A stretch of 64,000 bases of DNA from Somniosus microcephalus (GCA_052327205.1 CM126207.1:85436001-85500000), one strand, 5' to 3'; shown: positions 24,964-38,820, numbered from the stretch's first letter. Notes: a model not told the origin generated them from the letters alone. Numbers and translations are program-made.

Positions 24964-27900
24964 CTATAATAACAATGTATACTAAACCCAACACACAGTG
25001 ACAAAGAAGTAGTTTTTGGATGTGTTTCAGCTCAGAATTAAATATATCAAGAAAGAGCAGAGGTTGTATTTTAGTTTAATTAATTATTTTGAACACACAA
25101 ATTTAAATACATTCACAGATCAAATAAATTGATTGAATGATTTTGTACTTAGCTTGAGAGCTCTACTTCAGAATGAACACAATGATCACTTATTTTTGAT
25201 CGTGAAATGCCAAAGCCTGAAACTCCATTCACATGATTCCAGACGGCAGAGATGAAGTTCCACAGCTTCTATGGTCTTCCCAGGATGAGAATCATGTGTA
25301 AGCCATAAATCATAACAATACCAGGTGACCAAGGGCTCACTTCCGCCGTTATTGTTCAGTCAAAATGGCTGTGGTGAGAAAATTAGTGTAAATCCAGGAA
25401 ATTCGTAATCACCATTGCCTTGAATGGGAGTGGAGTTATGATCATCAACTCTTAACAGTTTTGGCAAGTGTATTGGCATAGCCCCACAAAAGTCCCAGGA
25501 AATTATGAATAATGACATAATGCACATAATTGTCATGGCATAATTGTCTAATTAGTAATTGTCTAATATCACTGCTATTCCTGCTAGTAATTAACATACT
25601 TTATTGAGACAGGTTAATAGTGGGATATTGTAACTAAATGGCAATACAATACAACTAGGCTGTGCATCCCTTGTTTTATTTATTCTGTCTTTAACAGCAG
25701 AAAAGGTGCAACAAATAGAACTCAGTGCTTTGTTTTTTATTTTCTGTTGTCAAATATTCTGAAGTAATAATTAAAGATTCATTCACTGCAAATACCATCA
25801 GCTATAATAATGTTTGTAGAAGCAATAGTTTGGGATGGAGAAATAACATTTCCTGGTTATTAGCTAAAAATATACTGGGGGCCTGGGGCAGGACTTTTTT
25901 TCTTTGAAACCTAAAAATATTCACTCTAAACATTGAAAGTATGAGGCAACCCATAAATTTTTATTTTAAACTCTGCTGTTTATGCATTTCTCAACTCATA
26001 CTTGTGTTCATATCAACAACTGCACTTCCATAATCAGACAATTGGCGTGAAGTGAAAGAAATCTCGATAAAATGCCATGCACCAGAATGCCACGCTGTGT
26101 TCAGTTCCCTATGAAATTGGCCTGAAGTGTTCATATATCACTGCCTTAACAAAGCCAAATATTTCCTGAAGTCACAGTAAAGGTCAGAGTAGAAAGAACT
26201 GCTTCTAATTCCATAATTCCTTGTTTAATTAAACTTCACGGTTTGTCCGGTGGTGGTACTTATGGTTTCCCTCCCTTTTTTATTTGTTCCTATAGTGAAG
26301 AATTTGTAATCCCATAGAGTGTTATTGCTTCCCTGTTCTTGATCCCTTTGCTAATTGCTGTCTTTCCTACTTTCTCCCAGTTTCATTACTCCTAGGCAGG
26401 GTTCTCCCCAGACAAAAGCAGCCTCAGCTGCATCAAACCTCGCTAGGGAAGAATGTCATGTCATGGATACATAAACGAGCATGTTTGTGTTCTTTTGATG
26501 GTGTCTTTTCTTAAATTTGAACTGATCCCAAGTTGCTGCCGGCACTTCATATTTATAATGCTCTTGTTAATAATATTCAGTAATAACTCATAAAAAAGTG
26601 AATACATTTCCATAGGAATTTTCTAACTTATGTTTAAAGAAGCTTGACTTATTTTCTTATATGGAGTAGAAATGACTGCTATATTTAAATTTAACAGCTG
26701 GCTGCACCATTCAATAGAATTATGATTAGGAGTAATACAGTATGTTCACTTTTCTAATTTATGGACTGTAGCATATTTACACAGGAATATGCAGAATACA
26801 AACTATTGTGAGTTACACTATGGTTATATTGTATTTGGGAACCAGAGCAGCAATAAAATTGGCTAAAATCCACTTCCAAAAGTAAAGTGCAATGACAATT
26901 ATTTGTTTCTGAACAAGATAGGTGTTGAATAAGTGAAACCAACCAACATATTGCTGCATGATATTCCTAGAGTCTGGGTGCAGTATAATTGCAAATCAGT
27001 TTGGGTTCTGGACTGTGTACATTCGAGAATGCATTATGTAATGATGCACATGATGTCATTCTGTAGTTTGTTGATGTATACTGTTGCGATCCACACCTTT
27101 GCTGTAACTTTGTAAAATATTTCACAGGGCCAGTACCACTGGTCGGAACTTGTGAAATCTACTCATAGCCTCAAGTAGAACAATTCCGATAAGTAATTAT
27201 AGAATCACTGTAACTGGGGTATTCATCATCTAAGTATGTTAGATTTCTATTTGATCAGAATGAATGTTGGTTCATTTTAGGAGGATTCAATTACCAAGAA
27301 CTGACAGTAAAATAATGCATGCATGTTATGATAAATGATTGATAAAGTAGTAACTCCAGTGAAAATGAGGACATCAAAACTGCTTATAATTCATTTTAGT
27401 TTAAAAGTGTTATGTTTTGTGACAAGGCTAAATGCAGTGGGGATCATGTAAAAAGAAGAAATATCCCATGATCAGGGCTTCTCTTAATCCAATTGTTGAA
27501 TGTAGACTTTTTATATATCAATTTCTGTTGATATTTATGATTTTTTTTCATTCAGCAGTGTTGATACAACATTAGAAGAGCTCACTTAGAGGAACTGAAC
27601 TTGACAGTGTGAGGAAGCTGCGTTAATATCTGTGAATATAATCATTTTTTTCAGTGACCCTGACATTTTAACTGTGAGTGTCAATTCAACCCTGCATATT
27701 TCTCATGGGCAGCTTACCAGATCATGCAATCAGCAATTGTCATTTAAGCAAAATTAGGTAAAAAGCACAGGATGTTAAAAAAAACTTTGTAACTGCGTGA
27801 TTTTTTAAAAGAACTCCAGAGAGTATTGCTTCATCTTTTTTTAATTGAATTCTCAAAAATGTACATTCTTATATATACATATATACACATATTTCCCACA

Positions 27901-28209
27901 TCACAATAAATTGCTTTTCAAATCACTGAATAGGGTCTTGATGATCGTAAATCAAGAATTTAATAGTGATTCGAAAGGCCCTTTAACTATTATGTAATAC
28001 CTTAAGAACACTTTGACCATGTTCTGCAACCACAGCAGTTGCTGTGGGAACTAGCAACATGCAGTTGTAGAAAGATATAGTTCAACCTTGTCTTTATTTT
28101 CATAACTGTGGCAAAATCAGAGGGAGATCCATTAAGATGGAGATCCCACTGAAGGTTAATTGTTTCTTCTGGCAAATGGGAATTGATATTAAATAAATAA
28201 TTATTGCTG

Positions 28210-28800
28210 CAACATAGGAATATAGGAAAGTACAGGATAGGAAAATAATATGCAGTCCATCTGACTGGTCCCAAAAATGAATATCTCCAAATTATCCACT
28301 CCCTCAAATATCTATCCAATTCCCCTTAAATATTTCCACATTATCTGCCTCCACAGCCTCCTTGGGAACTCCCCATCACATATTCACCACCTAAACTATT
28401 TCCCTCTTCTAAGCTTCAGCCTATGCCCCTGGTTCTAGAGTTTGTGACAATCTCAAATATATTGGGGTTAATTTTCAACTTCATTTTAATAGAACGGAAA
28501 GTCAGGCAGGGTGTATAATGGGTGGACAATCTGCTACTGACAAGTTTTCTGACACCACAAAAGTTGAAATTTACCCCTATTATTTATTCCCATAAGGAAA
28601 CCTGAACACTTGAATGTCTTCTTCAGTCTTCTCTACTCCATGGTAAACAATCCCAGAGTCTTCAATGTCTCCTCATAGCTCATATGCTTTAAGATAGGTA
28701 TCTGTTTGGTTGCAGTCTTCTTCACTGCTTTCAATGCCTGGCTATCCTTGCTCGAGTAACATAATTGTACACAACACTCTAGATGTGAACATATCACTTC
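28210..28800 (-). mobile_element. Degenerate CR1 LINE 3' fragment
   Basis: ORF 28633..28848(-) reads ...HLECCVQL...KDSQALKAVKKTATKQIPILKHMSYEETLKTLGLFTME, a CR1 RT C-terminal motif. Confidence 0.75.
28464..28577. mobile_element. Short Harbinger-type MITE nested in CR1
   Basis: TIRs ggggttaattttcaactt / aagttgaaatttacccc; AT-rich 3-bp flanks. Confidence 0.7.
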
Positions 28801-29056
28801 TGCAAACTCATTAATGACCACAGGAGATGTTATACCAACTGATTGCATAGAATTTGTTAGAAGCTGGCTGTCATCTATACAGAAAGATGGTCATTTTTGT
28901 CTAGCCTTTATATTGTACAGTTTGACAGTTTAAATTGGCTGCCAGTGACATGGTACAGAATTCTGAAATTCCATAAAATTTGCATGACCCAATTCACTTA
29001 ACTAAATTGAAACAGTTCCATAATAATTGTTACTACTTACTGGAGTGAAAATGTGA

Positions 29057-29608
29057 GCTGGAGTATTATGTTCAATTCTTTAGCACCACACTTTAGGAAG
29101 GGTGTCAAGGCCTTGAAGAGGGTGCAAAAGAGATTTACTAGAATGGTACCAGGGATGAGGGACTTCAGTTATGTGGAAAGACTGGAGCAGCTGGGGTTGT
29201 TTTCCTTAGAGCTGAGAAGGTTAAGAGGAGATTTGATAGAGGTGTTCAAAATCATGGAGGGTTTTGATAGAGTAAATAAGGAGAAACTGTTTCCAGTGGC
29301 AGAATTGGTAACCAGAGGACACAGAATTAAAGTGATTGGCAAAAGAACTAGAGGGGACATGAGGAAATAATTTTTACACAGCAAGTTGTTGTGATCTGGA
29401 ATGCACTGCCTCAAAGGGTGTTGGAAGCAGATTCAATAGTAACATTCAAAAAAGAATTGGATAAATACTTGAAAGGAAAAAAAAATTACATGGCTATGGG
29501 GAAAAGAGCAGGGGAGTGAGATTAATATGGATAGCTCTACCAAAGAGCTGGCACAGGCACAATGGGCCGGATGGCCTCCTGTGCTGTATTATTCTATGAT
29601 TCTATGAT
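29057..29608 (+). mobile_element. CR1 (HER1-like) LINE 3' end
   Basis: ORF 29053..29370 ...APHFRKGVKALKRVQKRFTRMVPGMRDFSYVERLEQLGLFSLELRRLRGDLIEVFKIM..., 3' UTR atgggccggatggcctcctgtgctgt and (ATTCTATG)n tail. Confidence 0.93.
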
Positions 29609-30622
29609 TATTTAGAACATTAAAGACAGTGGAATGTGTTTAAAATGACTAGTAATTCCAATTATAAACTGCTTAAACTTTACATCCTGGCTGGCCTGCT
29701 TAATTATACTTTTTAAAAGCCTTCCTATAATAGCAATCAGAAATGAGAATGTCAGATGAATGATTTGTCTAGGTACTCCCATATTTTTACCTATGATTTT
29801 ATTGTATTTTTTTCATGTTTTGTTTATGCACTTTGTATAATTCAGATGTGTCAAAGATAGGCCTGTATGCATAGGCAATGTAAATAATCCATAACCATTT
29901 TCATTTACAAAAGGGGCATCATTTGCACTCTTGCATTCAACCTGAATCAGTGATCAAGTGCAGTCTAGGCCTAAGAATTCCAGATTAAATAGTTTGAAAC
30001 AGAATCAGGGAACTAGATTTTTGGGTCTTGACTGCATTGAGACTTGCCCCAAAGGAAACTTGGCCGTTAATGAGTCTCCACGGTTTTAAAACAATCTATT
30101 ACAGGACAGCCACTTACTTACTGATGTGTCCCCTCTGTGATTAAAATATCTTAATTACATTGTTAATACGTCATATAGACAAGAAGCCAGAATGGATCTC
30201 TGAACACACTGGAGACCAGGATGTGTGGGTTCTCTTCAAATATATACTTATAACTGTAGGAGGGAAATGTTTTTTGTGAAGTACACAGTTAACTTAAGGG
30301 CAGAGTCATAATATGATGAATATAACATGTTCTTTAGATGTGAATTCGTGTACTTCAAGCTGCTCTGAGTGTTTACTGTGATTGAACTCTGAACCTCTTC
30401 ATCTCATCAGTAAATAATGTTCAGTGTGACAATCTGGATACACTGAAACTATTGACAGAGTGAAATGATTCCATAGCAAGCAAAGATTCAAAATCAATTG
30501 GCCCAGTTTTTAAAAGTGCTGTATTAGTAGTGAGTTTACATGGTAAAACTGAGGAAGAGCTTTGTGTTTTCAATTTTTATTTACTTTATTAAAAAAAATC
30601 AGGTTTTATGTCATTATTGATT

Positions 30623-30726
30623 ACCTAAGTGTCTCCAGCATTTAAAACTAGCACTGTGTATAAAGTGAATTATGACCTAAGTGTCTCCAGCATTTAAAAC
30701 TAGCACTGTGTATAAAGTGAATTATG
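30623..30726. repeat. Perfect 52-bp tandem duplication
   Basis: acctaagtgtctccagcatttaaaactagcactgtgtataaagtgaattatg at 30623-30674 and again at 30675-30726. Confidence 0.95.
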
Positions 30727-31029
30727 TCCAATATAACAATCTGGACACTGAATTTTGATTTGCTCAGAAAGATGATAGGATATTCTGGGTGCTGTGAGGG
30801 AATTCATATTTATAGTGATTTACAGCAAGATATTAGTATACACATACCATGGCAAAATAACAGATGAGCTAGTTATTACAGTGAACAATATAAGTTGACA
30901 GTTTGAACACAGATTAATTTGATTAACATACAGGGTTCAGACATTTATTATCAGGAAAAGTAAAGATTTTCAGCTGCTTTTGTTGATGAAAGCAAATGTA
31001 ATTCTATAGTAACATATCCAATATTAAGC

Positions 31030-33200
31030 AGGTACATATAATGAGTTCCCCCATGTATATAAAGTGTCCATTTATAGTGAATTCTCTTGCATAAAATGTC
31101 CATTTACAGTCAATCTTCCTATATATAAAATATCCATTTACAGTGAATGCCCAATATAAAGTGTCCATTTATAGTAAATCTCCCTCTATAAATTGTCCAT
31201 TTGGAGTGAATCTCCTTATATAAAGTACTTATTTTCCAATGAATCTCCCTCTGTATAAAATATGTCCATTTACAATGAGCTCTCCTTCTGTCTCAGTGGA
31301 ATCCAAACTTTCTGTCTCAGTGGAATATTTAGTTTCCTTCAATCATGTATAAAAATGGCATCATTATCTCTTTGGAGGTGTTTTGGCTGATGCAAAGCCA
31401 TTGTCCTAACTGATCATCTCCACTTAATTAAAATCTGTGTAATTAAATAGACACACAAAAGCATGCCTCAAGTTAAGAAGAGATGCCTCAAGACTTAAAT
31501 TTAATTAAATGTTGTATGTTAAAATGTATAAAAGCATCCCCTAGCAATTTATGTTACAAACTGTTGAATTTGGTGGGACTGCTCAATTCATTGCTTTGTT
31601 TCTATATTTTAATACTGCAGGATTCACTTGTTTGAATCTGAGAACAGACCTTTCTGAATCTCCAGTCTCACCAAGTTCACACAGCGGCATACAATTTATA
31701 ACTGGAAACAGAAATGGGGTGGATAACTGTGTTAGAGGAGAGCAAGTCAATGGGTTTTCGTGGGTTGGTTTGCCAAGGTTCACAGGCCCATCTGGGCCAT
31801 AGTCCATAGTTTGGACACCCTGGACCTACAGTAACTCCTGCTGCATAAAGTGTCTAGTTACAGTGAATACCCTTCATAATGTGTGCACGTTTACAATGAT
31901 CCACACCCCCTATAAAGTATTTGATTAAAGTGAATCTCCTATATAAATGGTGGATTTACAATGAATCTTCTTGCATAAAATGTCCATTTACAGTGAATTC
32001 CTTGTATAAAGTCTGTTCACAGTAAATCCCACTTGCATGATGTGTCAATTCAGTGAATCTGCCTGCCATATAAAGAATCCAATTACAGTGAGTTTGCTTT
32101 TGTACTGGTAGCCCATGTAGAGTAAACCTCTCCCCCTTCCTCCATATAGCTAATTAAAGAAAACTGTACAAGCAGTCCATCTACAGTTAATTTCCTTGCA
32201 GTGTCTAATTACACTGAATCCCACTCTGTTAAGTGTGATTCACATTGACTCTCCTGGCATTAAAGTGTTCATTTACAGTGAATCTCCCTGCTGTATTAAG
32301 TATCTGTTTACAGTGAGCTTCCCTGCAGAAAGTGTCTGTTTATAGTGAATCTCTGTATAAAGTGTCAGTTTATAGAGAATCTCTGTATAAAGTGTCAGTT
32401 TATAGGGAACTCTGTATAAAGTTTCAGTTTCCTGTGTAGAGTGTTCACTTACTGTGAATCGACTATAGAAAGTGTTGAATCAGTGAATCTCCCTGCTGTA
32501 TAAAGTGTTCACTTACCAATGAGTTTACTTTGTATTGACTATTCATTTACAGTGAACCTCCCCTCCATGAAGCATCCTATTTAAATGGATCTTCGTGGTC
32601 CATTTACGGTATCTCCTTGCATAAATGGTATGTTTATAATGGGACTCCCTGCATAACTTGAATGTTTACAGAGTCTCCCTGTAAAAAGTATCCATTTACT
32701 GTGAATCTCCCTTCAATAAAATGCCCTTTCATAGTGTATCCCCTGAATTAGTGAATCTCCATGCTATATAAAGTGTCTATTCACAGCGAGTTCACTTTGT
32801 ATTAAGTGTCTATTTACAGTGAACCTCCTGCAGAAATTGTCAATTTACTGTAAATTCCCTGTCTAACTTGTCTATTTGCAATAAATTCTTCTACTGTATA
32901 AAGTGTCTATACCAGGAGATTTTCTGAAAACTGACATTTTATGCAGGGGAATTTTACAATAAATGTACACTTTAGCCAGAGAGAGAAACTGTAAATGAAG
33001 TTATGGTAAATCTCCCCCTGTGTAAAGTTACCATTTACAGTGAATCTCCCTGCTACATTAAGTGTCCATTTATCGATACTCTCTAATGTAAATGTCGATT
33101 CACAGTGAATCCTTCTGCTGTATTAAGTGTCCATTTCCAATGAGTTTCTGCCTTATAAATTGTCCATTTACAGTAAATTCCTCTGTATAAAATTTCTTCT
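31030..33200. repeat. Degenerate ~30-33 bp tandem satellite in two blocks (~31030-31285 and ~31830-33200)
   Basis: Recurrent unit approximating TATAAAGTGTCCATTTACAGTGAATCTCCCTG, with a short inverted patch near 32920-33000. Confidence 0.85.
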
Positions 33201-33290
33201 ACAGCAAATATGTTGAAGAGGAGAAGAAAACATTTACTCTGTTTTAAAATTGCACACCCTGAGTTTACTACATATTCAGTAAAGCTATAA

Positions 33291-35235
33291 GCCCTGAAAA
33301 TCCACAGGGCCATTTTTATTGCTGTTGTGCCTGGAGGCAAATATTTCGCCCACTGATCCTCTCCAGTGCTGACCTTGCCATAAATTGCGGGGTCAGTTCA
33401 TTTAAATATCCATTTGCAGTTCAGTAGTGTAATCCTGAATAGTGCGCTGTGGAGAGGGGACTTAGAAATTAAAGCTGCGATTTCGCCTACCGAGGCGGTG
33501 CTGGCACCCGCCCGCTTTGTGAAATGATTTTACACAGATTGGGCTTGTTAAGCCCACCCTGTGCATTTCCCAGCCAATTGAAGGAAGCGGGCCTGATGAC
33601 GTCATTTGATGATGCGTCATCAGCCGGTTTCCTTAAAGGGACCATGCACAAATTGATTTTGACAATTGCGCTGTCAGTGTTCTACAGCATTGAAGTGCTA
33701 CAAACACTGACAAGCACTGCACAGAGGTACACGTGTGCATCCAGGCTCTCCCAGCACACAGGGAGGTCCTCGTCCCTTCCCATGGGTGGAAGAGACCTCC
33801 CCAGGAGATCAACGCAGCCTGGTTGCACATTGCACAGGAGGACACAAGCAGGGATGTCATCAGGAGGACCAGGCTACAATGGCGCAAACCTTTCAATGAT
33901 CTCAGCAGATCATGAAACATTACTTCAAAGCCACACTCAACTTCATCCTGCTGTGCCACTCATCACATCCCCATCACTCTGCCTTCCCTACCCTACTCCT
34001 GCACATCCTTACTTACACCAACTTACCGTTATCTCTCACCATTCACTGCAACTCACTAAGCCACTTCCAAAGGTGCACACAAATCTGTCCAAGAACGCAA
34101 AGTTCTACATTATCACATCCCCATCTCACTAGCCACCCCTCACACTCACTCTCATCCCAGTGCAAGCATACCAACTAACAACACACAAGGGTAGGCACTT
34201 GGGTGTTTTATCCAATGTTCATGTAAAATTTCTGTCAATGTAGTGTCAAAAATTGAAACCTTTATTTTCAACACTTTGCATTCTTGGACAGATTTGTGAG
34301 CACCTTTGGAAGTGGCTTAGTAGGTTGCAGTGAATGGTAAGACATAACGGTACCCCCCGCAATGGTGATGAGTGTGAAAGGAATGGCTTGGGCATTGTAG
34401 GGATGCTTTATGGTGTTGGTGTGGAGTGGTGCCAACCTGGTGTATTATGTGGCAGCCAGAGTGTACAGCGTCAAGTGAAGTAAATCTGGCCATGGTGAGG
34501 CCATCCTTGACCTTCCGGGCAGCAATGTGGTCAGGTACTGATGTCCTGTGTTCTGTGCAGCATTAGTTGATTGCGGAGAAGTTTGGTGTTATTGTTGATG
34601 CTGCTGGTGTGTCTGGTGCTGCTGGTGTTGGGGCTGATTGTGGTGGGATTCTGAGGACCAAGGTGAGATAGTTTCAAGGGCTCCGATGCTGATATAATGG
34701 ATGGCAGTTGAACTTGAGATGACAGAAGCAAATCTGTCAATGGTGAGAGAAGTTGTTCCAAGGAGCTGGCACTGGATAGAGTTTAGGCTCCAAACACTTG
34801 CAAGCTGCATAAAGCTCAATCTGTCTTTCAAATGCAGTAAGCAACAGTTTCTGAGCTTGGAACGTGAATAGCTGTGAGATGGGAGCTTTTAGACCACTTT
34901 TGCAGCTGTCAAGTAATCAGATAATTCCATGCTGAATCCACTTACGATTTGCTGAGCTGGCGTGATCCCCGAGCAACGTATAACCCATGGGGGAACTCAT
35001 AAAATTGAAAGGTAAGCTTAAAATAGTATTTAAGTGCCTCTTAACAATCTCTTAATGATCTAAATTGCCTCCCCCGCCGCTTGGTGTCGGGTCTGTTCAG
35101 CGCTGACAGACCCAACATCTGGGAGACTCACATGGAGGTGGGTTGACAGCGGGTTCCCTACCTGCTGTCAAAAAAAGTTTTCCCCCACCTAACCCATTGC
35201 TGATTGCACCCGCTGACCCCTGAAAAATTCACCCC
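33291..35235. mobile_element. Internally deleted Harbinger/PIF element (Myb remnant on +, possible transposase N-terminal remnant on -)
   Basis: ORF 33733..33915 HREVLVPSHGWKRPPQEINAAWLHIAQEDTSRDVIRRTRLQWRKPFNDLSRS is Myb/SANT-like and homologous to 59803-60042. Q/H-rich remnant at 34590-34720(-). Right end gaaaaattcacccc|tag. Left boundary uncertain. Confidence 0.75.
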
Positions 35236-35456
35236 TAGTAGTGCAGCCTTTAAAAAGGCAAGAAAGGCTGAAGATTTTAGCAGCTGGCTGGAGGTGCAGC
35301 ACGTAAGTAGGAAAGTGTTTGGCAGTGAGTTGACTTTCAGGTAGCTGTAATGGATGGCTCATATGTAATTCTATGACTTTTTAAAGCATGTCTTCAAGTG
35401 AAGGATCTGGCAGTAAAGAAGAGAGCAGGTCATTGTAAAGAGGCAGAAAAGAATGG

Positions 35457-35800
35457 TGCCAGCCTTCGCTCAGTGATAGCACTCCCTCCTCTAAAAGACA
35501 AAAGAAAGACTTGCATTTATATAGCACTGTTCACGACCTCAATACCTAACACATAATTATGTTGATACTTCAGTATGGTACTGAGGGAGCAGTGTCCTGG
35601 CCAATATTTATCCTCAACTAAAACAGATTATCTAGTCAAATATATTTTGGCTGTTTGTGGGATCTTGCTGTGTGCAAAATGGCTGCCATTTTCCCCTACA
35701 TTACAACAGTGACTATACTTCAAAAGCACTTAATTGGCTGTGAAGCACTTTGTGACGTTCTGAGGTCACAAATGGCACAATATCAATGTAAGTTCGTTCT
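35457..35800 (+). mobile_element. Rearranged Deu-type SINE
   Basis: Head gccagccttcgctcagtgatagcactc, an inverted tail fragment at ~35505-35540, then body and tail ggccaatatttatcc...cctacattacaacagtgactatacttcaaaagcac. Confidence 0.8.
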
Positions 35801-35829
35801 ACCTAAGAGCATTCTGCTCTAGCTGTGAG

Positions 35830-37321
35830 AGATGGCGAGATTGGTGTTACGGGGCAGGTGTCAGGTAAATGGGTGGACAGGTACAGAGTAGCCATGGTAA
35901 CTTGTGAAACAGCAGACAGGCAGAAGTTTCCATACCCTTCTCTGTCTTCTTATTCCCAAGGGGGTTATGTGCATTCATTCTTAGTTTATGCCCTCCTTGC
36001 CTGTAGATCCATCACAGCAACAGGGGGCAGAGGATAAAAAAAAGGAAGATGATGATGATGATGAGGAGGAACAGGAGGGTAGAAAGTTCTTGCTGGGAGA
36101 CTTTGATGATGGCAATAAGGAAGATGATGTTGAGAACAAGTCCACACAGGAGTCCCAGGTGTAAAATATGACCCCATGACCCTCTGGCCCATGTCATGCC
36201 TTTGTCACGCTCTTTCTTATTTCCATGCACCAACTCAGTAACTTTCACCCTGGTGAGGGGTGTGGTGGATGGGTGTGGAGGTTGGGAATCAGGCAATGTC
36301 AGTGAGAAGTGGCACTGCACTGAGTGATCCACAGAGCACAAGGGAGGTGGAGGAATAGGGTGAGGATGTGACACTTTCCAGGCGGAGGCTAAGGAAAAGA
36401 TTGCTCATGGCTCATGGAGTTGAGGGACCCGGAACTAATTGCTAATTGTGTGAAAAGAAGAATAGTAAAGCAACATCCCACCTATGTGAAAGCTGTGAAG
36501 TCAGTGTCCAAGGATGTGCAACAATTGACAGCTGGAACTCTGGAGTCTACATCTACTATATCCAGAAGCATAGACTGCCGCCCTGGTGGCAGTAGGGGAT
36601 GGATTAGACAGCACCCTTCCTACTGGATTTTAGATCCTGTAGGCTGGGATGTAGGCTGCTGTGCTTCAGGGCTTTCAGGATCAAATATGTGCCATTAGAC
36701 CAACCAGGCTGCTAATCAGTGGGGACACAGATCCAGGGCCCTGTGGAATCAAGGTGACTTGCCTGAGGCTGCCATTTCTCAGGACAGCGGAACATGCCAA
36801 GCGACCAGCCTTCCACCTGAGTACACCATGTAAGTGGCACATAGGAGACGACAACCTGGTGCCCAGGCACCAGCTTCAGAGATGCAGCCAGTAGTGGCTC
36901 CCTCCCAGCACCAAGCTGCCATGAAAGGAGGGCCAGCTCAGTCCTGTGAGCCTTTTAAAGCACAGGAGCAACCAACCACCTCTCGTAATACTGGCCCTCG
37001 CGCTGCACCTAGGTGAAGCAGAAAATAGGAAAGAAGGGCACACATGGACACCCGGGGACACAGGGACACATGGTGGTGAGGAAACAATAGCTTGGCTTGC
37101 GGTCATTTTTGAGTTCCTGGTGCTAAGGCAATGTACAATTACATTGTGTTCTGTTATCCATGCATGGAACTCACACACGGAAGGCCTCAGAATACGTTGC
37201 AAAAAACAGTGCAGTCATTACAGGGCAGAAACAAGTCCCGCCCCAGAATCCACCTACAAGAATGTTGGTACACTTACTTTAAGGCAGAAAATGTGTCAAA
37301 ACTAGGGAGGAAATTCAGGCC
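35830..37321. mobile_element. Highly decayed Harbinger-derived mosaic
   Basis: Acidic transposase-like patch at 36045-36080(+), Myb-exon-like LTRVKV..ELVHGNKKERDKG at 36200-36260(-), Myb C-terminal-like tail at 36870-37080(+), terminal ggaaattcaggcc|ta. Confidence 0.5.
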
Positions 37322-38370
37322 TATAAAGTTTAATGACATTTCCAGCCAAGTGCCTGTGACCTGGGGGAACCCTGCTATAGCAGTGAGGCAGCTTGAAAAG
37401 CTTATAGATTCCAATTCAGGAGCTCTTCTGCTGAATTGCCCCCAAAAGGCCTTGTTGCTTTCTCCCACGTAAATCTGTGCAAACAGATTAGTATGCACCT
37501 GCGAAGAGCGTTTATGAGTTCACTCAGCTTGAGTGAAATTGAATTTGTGGGACGGATACAATCGTACAACGTCCCTTCAGCTTCAGTTAAAATGAAGCTG
37601 TTGTGTTGGAGCCGTAGTTAAAGCCACTGTTGAGTGCTTCAACCTAATCTTCTGCGGGTTACTTTAAAATTTCATTTAGAATGGTGTGTTTCCACTATTC
37701 GCACAATAAAGTAGTTTGTATTTTATCCAGTGAAGTGGAAGATAAATCTATTAAATCTGATTGGAATTACCATCAGCTAAGAAGGATGACGATCATTTAA
37801 CCGAATAGAATCATAGTTTCTTTTATTGTTCCTACATAAAGCTGAAGTGTTGTAAGAAATCCTAATGTAAAGGCAGGAGATAGAAGTAACTGACTATAAA
37901 AGTTAGTTCCTAGTGCTGTATATTATGAAGCTATTCAAATTTCACAGTGGAGGTCAGTTCCAGGAAGACTTGGCTTGTGTTCTTAGTCCACTAAAACTGT
38001 CCCAGCTCCAGAGCCCAGGGTCAAAGAGCAGAGGTCAGTTGACGAGAGTCACAAACTGCACTTTCCTGAAATTGACTGATGCTGTTAAACTATCTTCATA
38101 ACAGGTGGCACTAGTGTCGAACTGCTCAGCTCCTGTTTATACATTGGGGAAAAATTCTACTCGGGGATAGTTTACAGAGGACAAAAATAATCAGCTTTTT
38201 TTGTAAAGTACATTTTCTAAAGCTTGTTGGTATAAAATTGTTGTTATCACCTCAACTTTTCAACACTCACATAAAACATGCTTCTCAGTTCCCAGAGGCT
38301 TCTGCCTGTATCAGACTGCTTCAGCAAGTCTGTAATCAGTATTTTCCTATAATCACAGGATATATAGAAT

Positions 38371-38820
38371 GTCAGCAATGGCACTCTCGCCTCTGAGTCA
38401 GTAGGTTGTGGGATCAAGTCTCACTCCAGACATTTGATTACATAATCTAGGCTGACACGCCTGTGCGGTACTGAGGGAGTGCTGCACTATCGGAGATGCC
38501 GTCTTTCGGATAGACATTAAGCCGAGGCTCTGTCTGCCCTCTCAGGTGGATGCAAAAGATCCCATGGCACTACTTAAAGAAAAACAGGGGTGTTCTTCTC
38601 GGTGTCCAGGCCAATATTTGTCCCTCAATCAACAGCACTAAAAAACATATTATCTTGTCATTATCTCATTTCTGTTTGTGAGACCTTGCTGTGCACAAAT
38701 TGGCTGCTGTGTTTCCTACATTACAAAAGTGATGACATTTTAAAAGTACATCTTTGGTTGTAAAGCGCTTTGGGATGCCCTGAGGTTGTGAAAGGCGCTA
38801 TATAAATGGAAAGTCTTCCT
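38371..38820 (+). mobile_element. Near full-length Deu-domain tRNA SINE (SacSINE1-like)
   Basis: ggcactctcgcctctgagtcagtaggttgtgggatcaagtctcactccaga...gtactgagggagtgctgcact...ggcgctatataaatggaaagtctt. Confidence 0.9.

Noticed and set aside
24048-26125. Further MITE-like ends (ggcccagagtttcctgg at 24049, ccaggaaatt at ~25395 and ~25495, gaaattggcc at ~26113)
   Set aside because: Probably decayed DNA-transposon relics, but TIR pairs and TSDs could not be assigned reliably by eye.
33524-34132. 202-aa ORF
   Set aside because: Off-frame read through a Harbinger promoter, Myb remnant and intron; the meaningful frame is 33733-33915.
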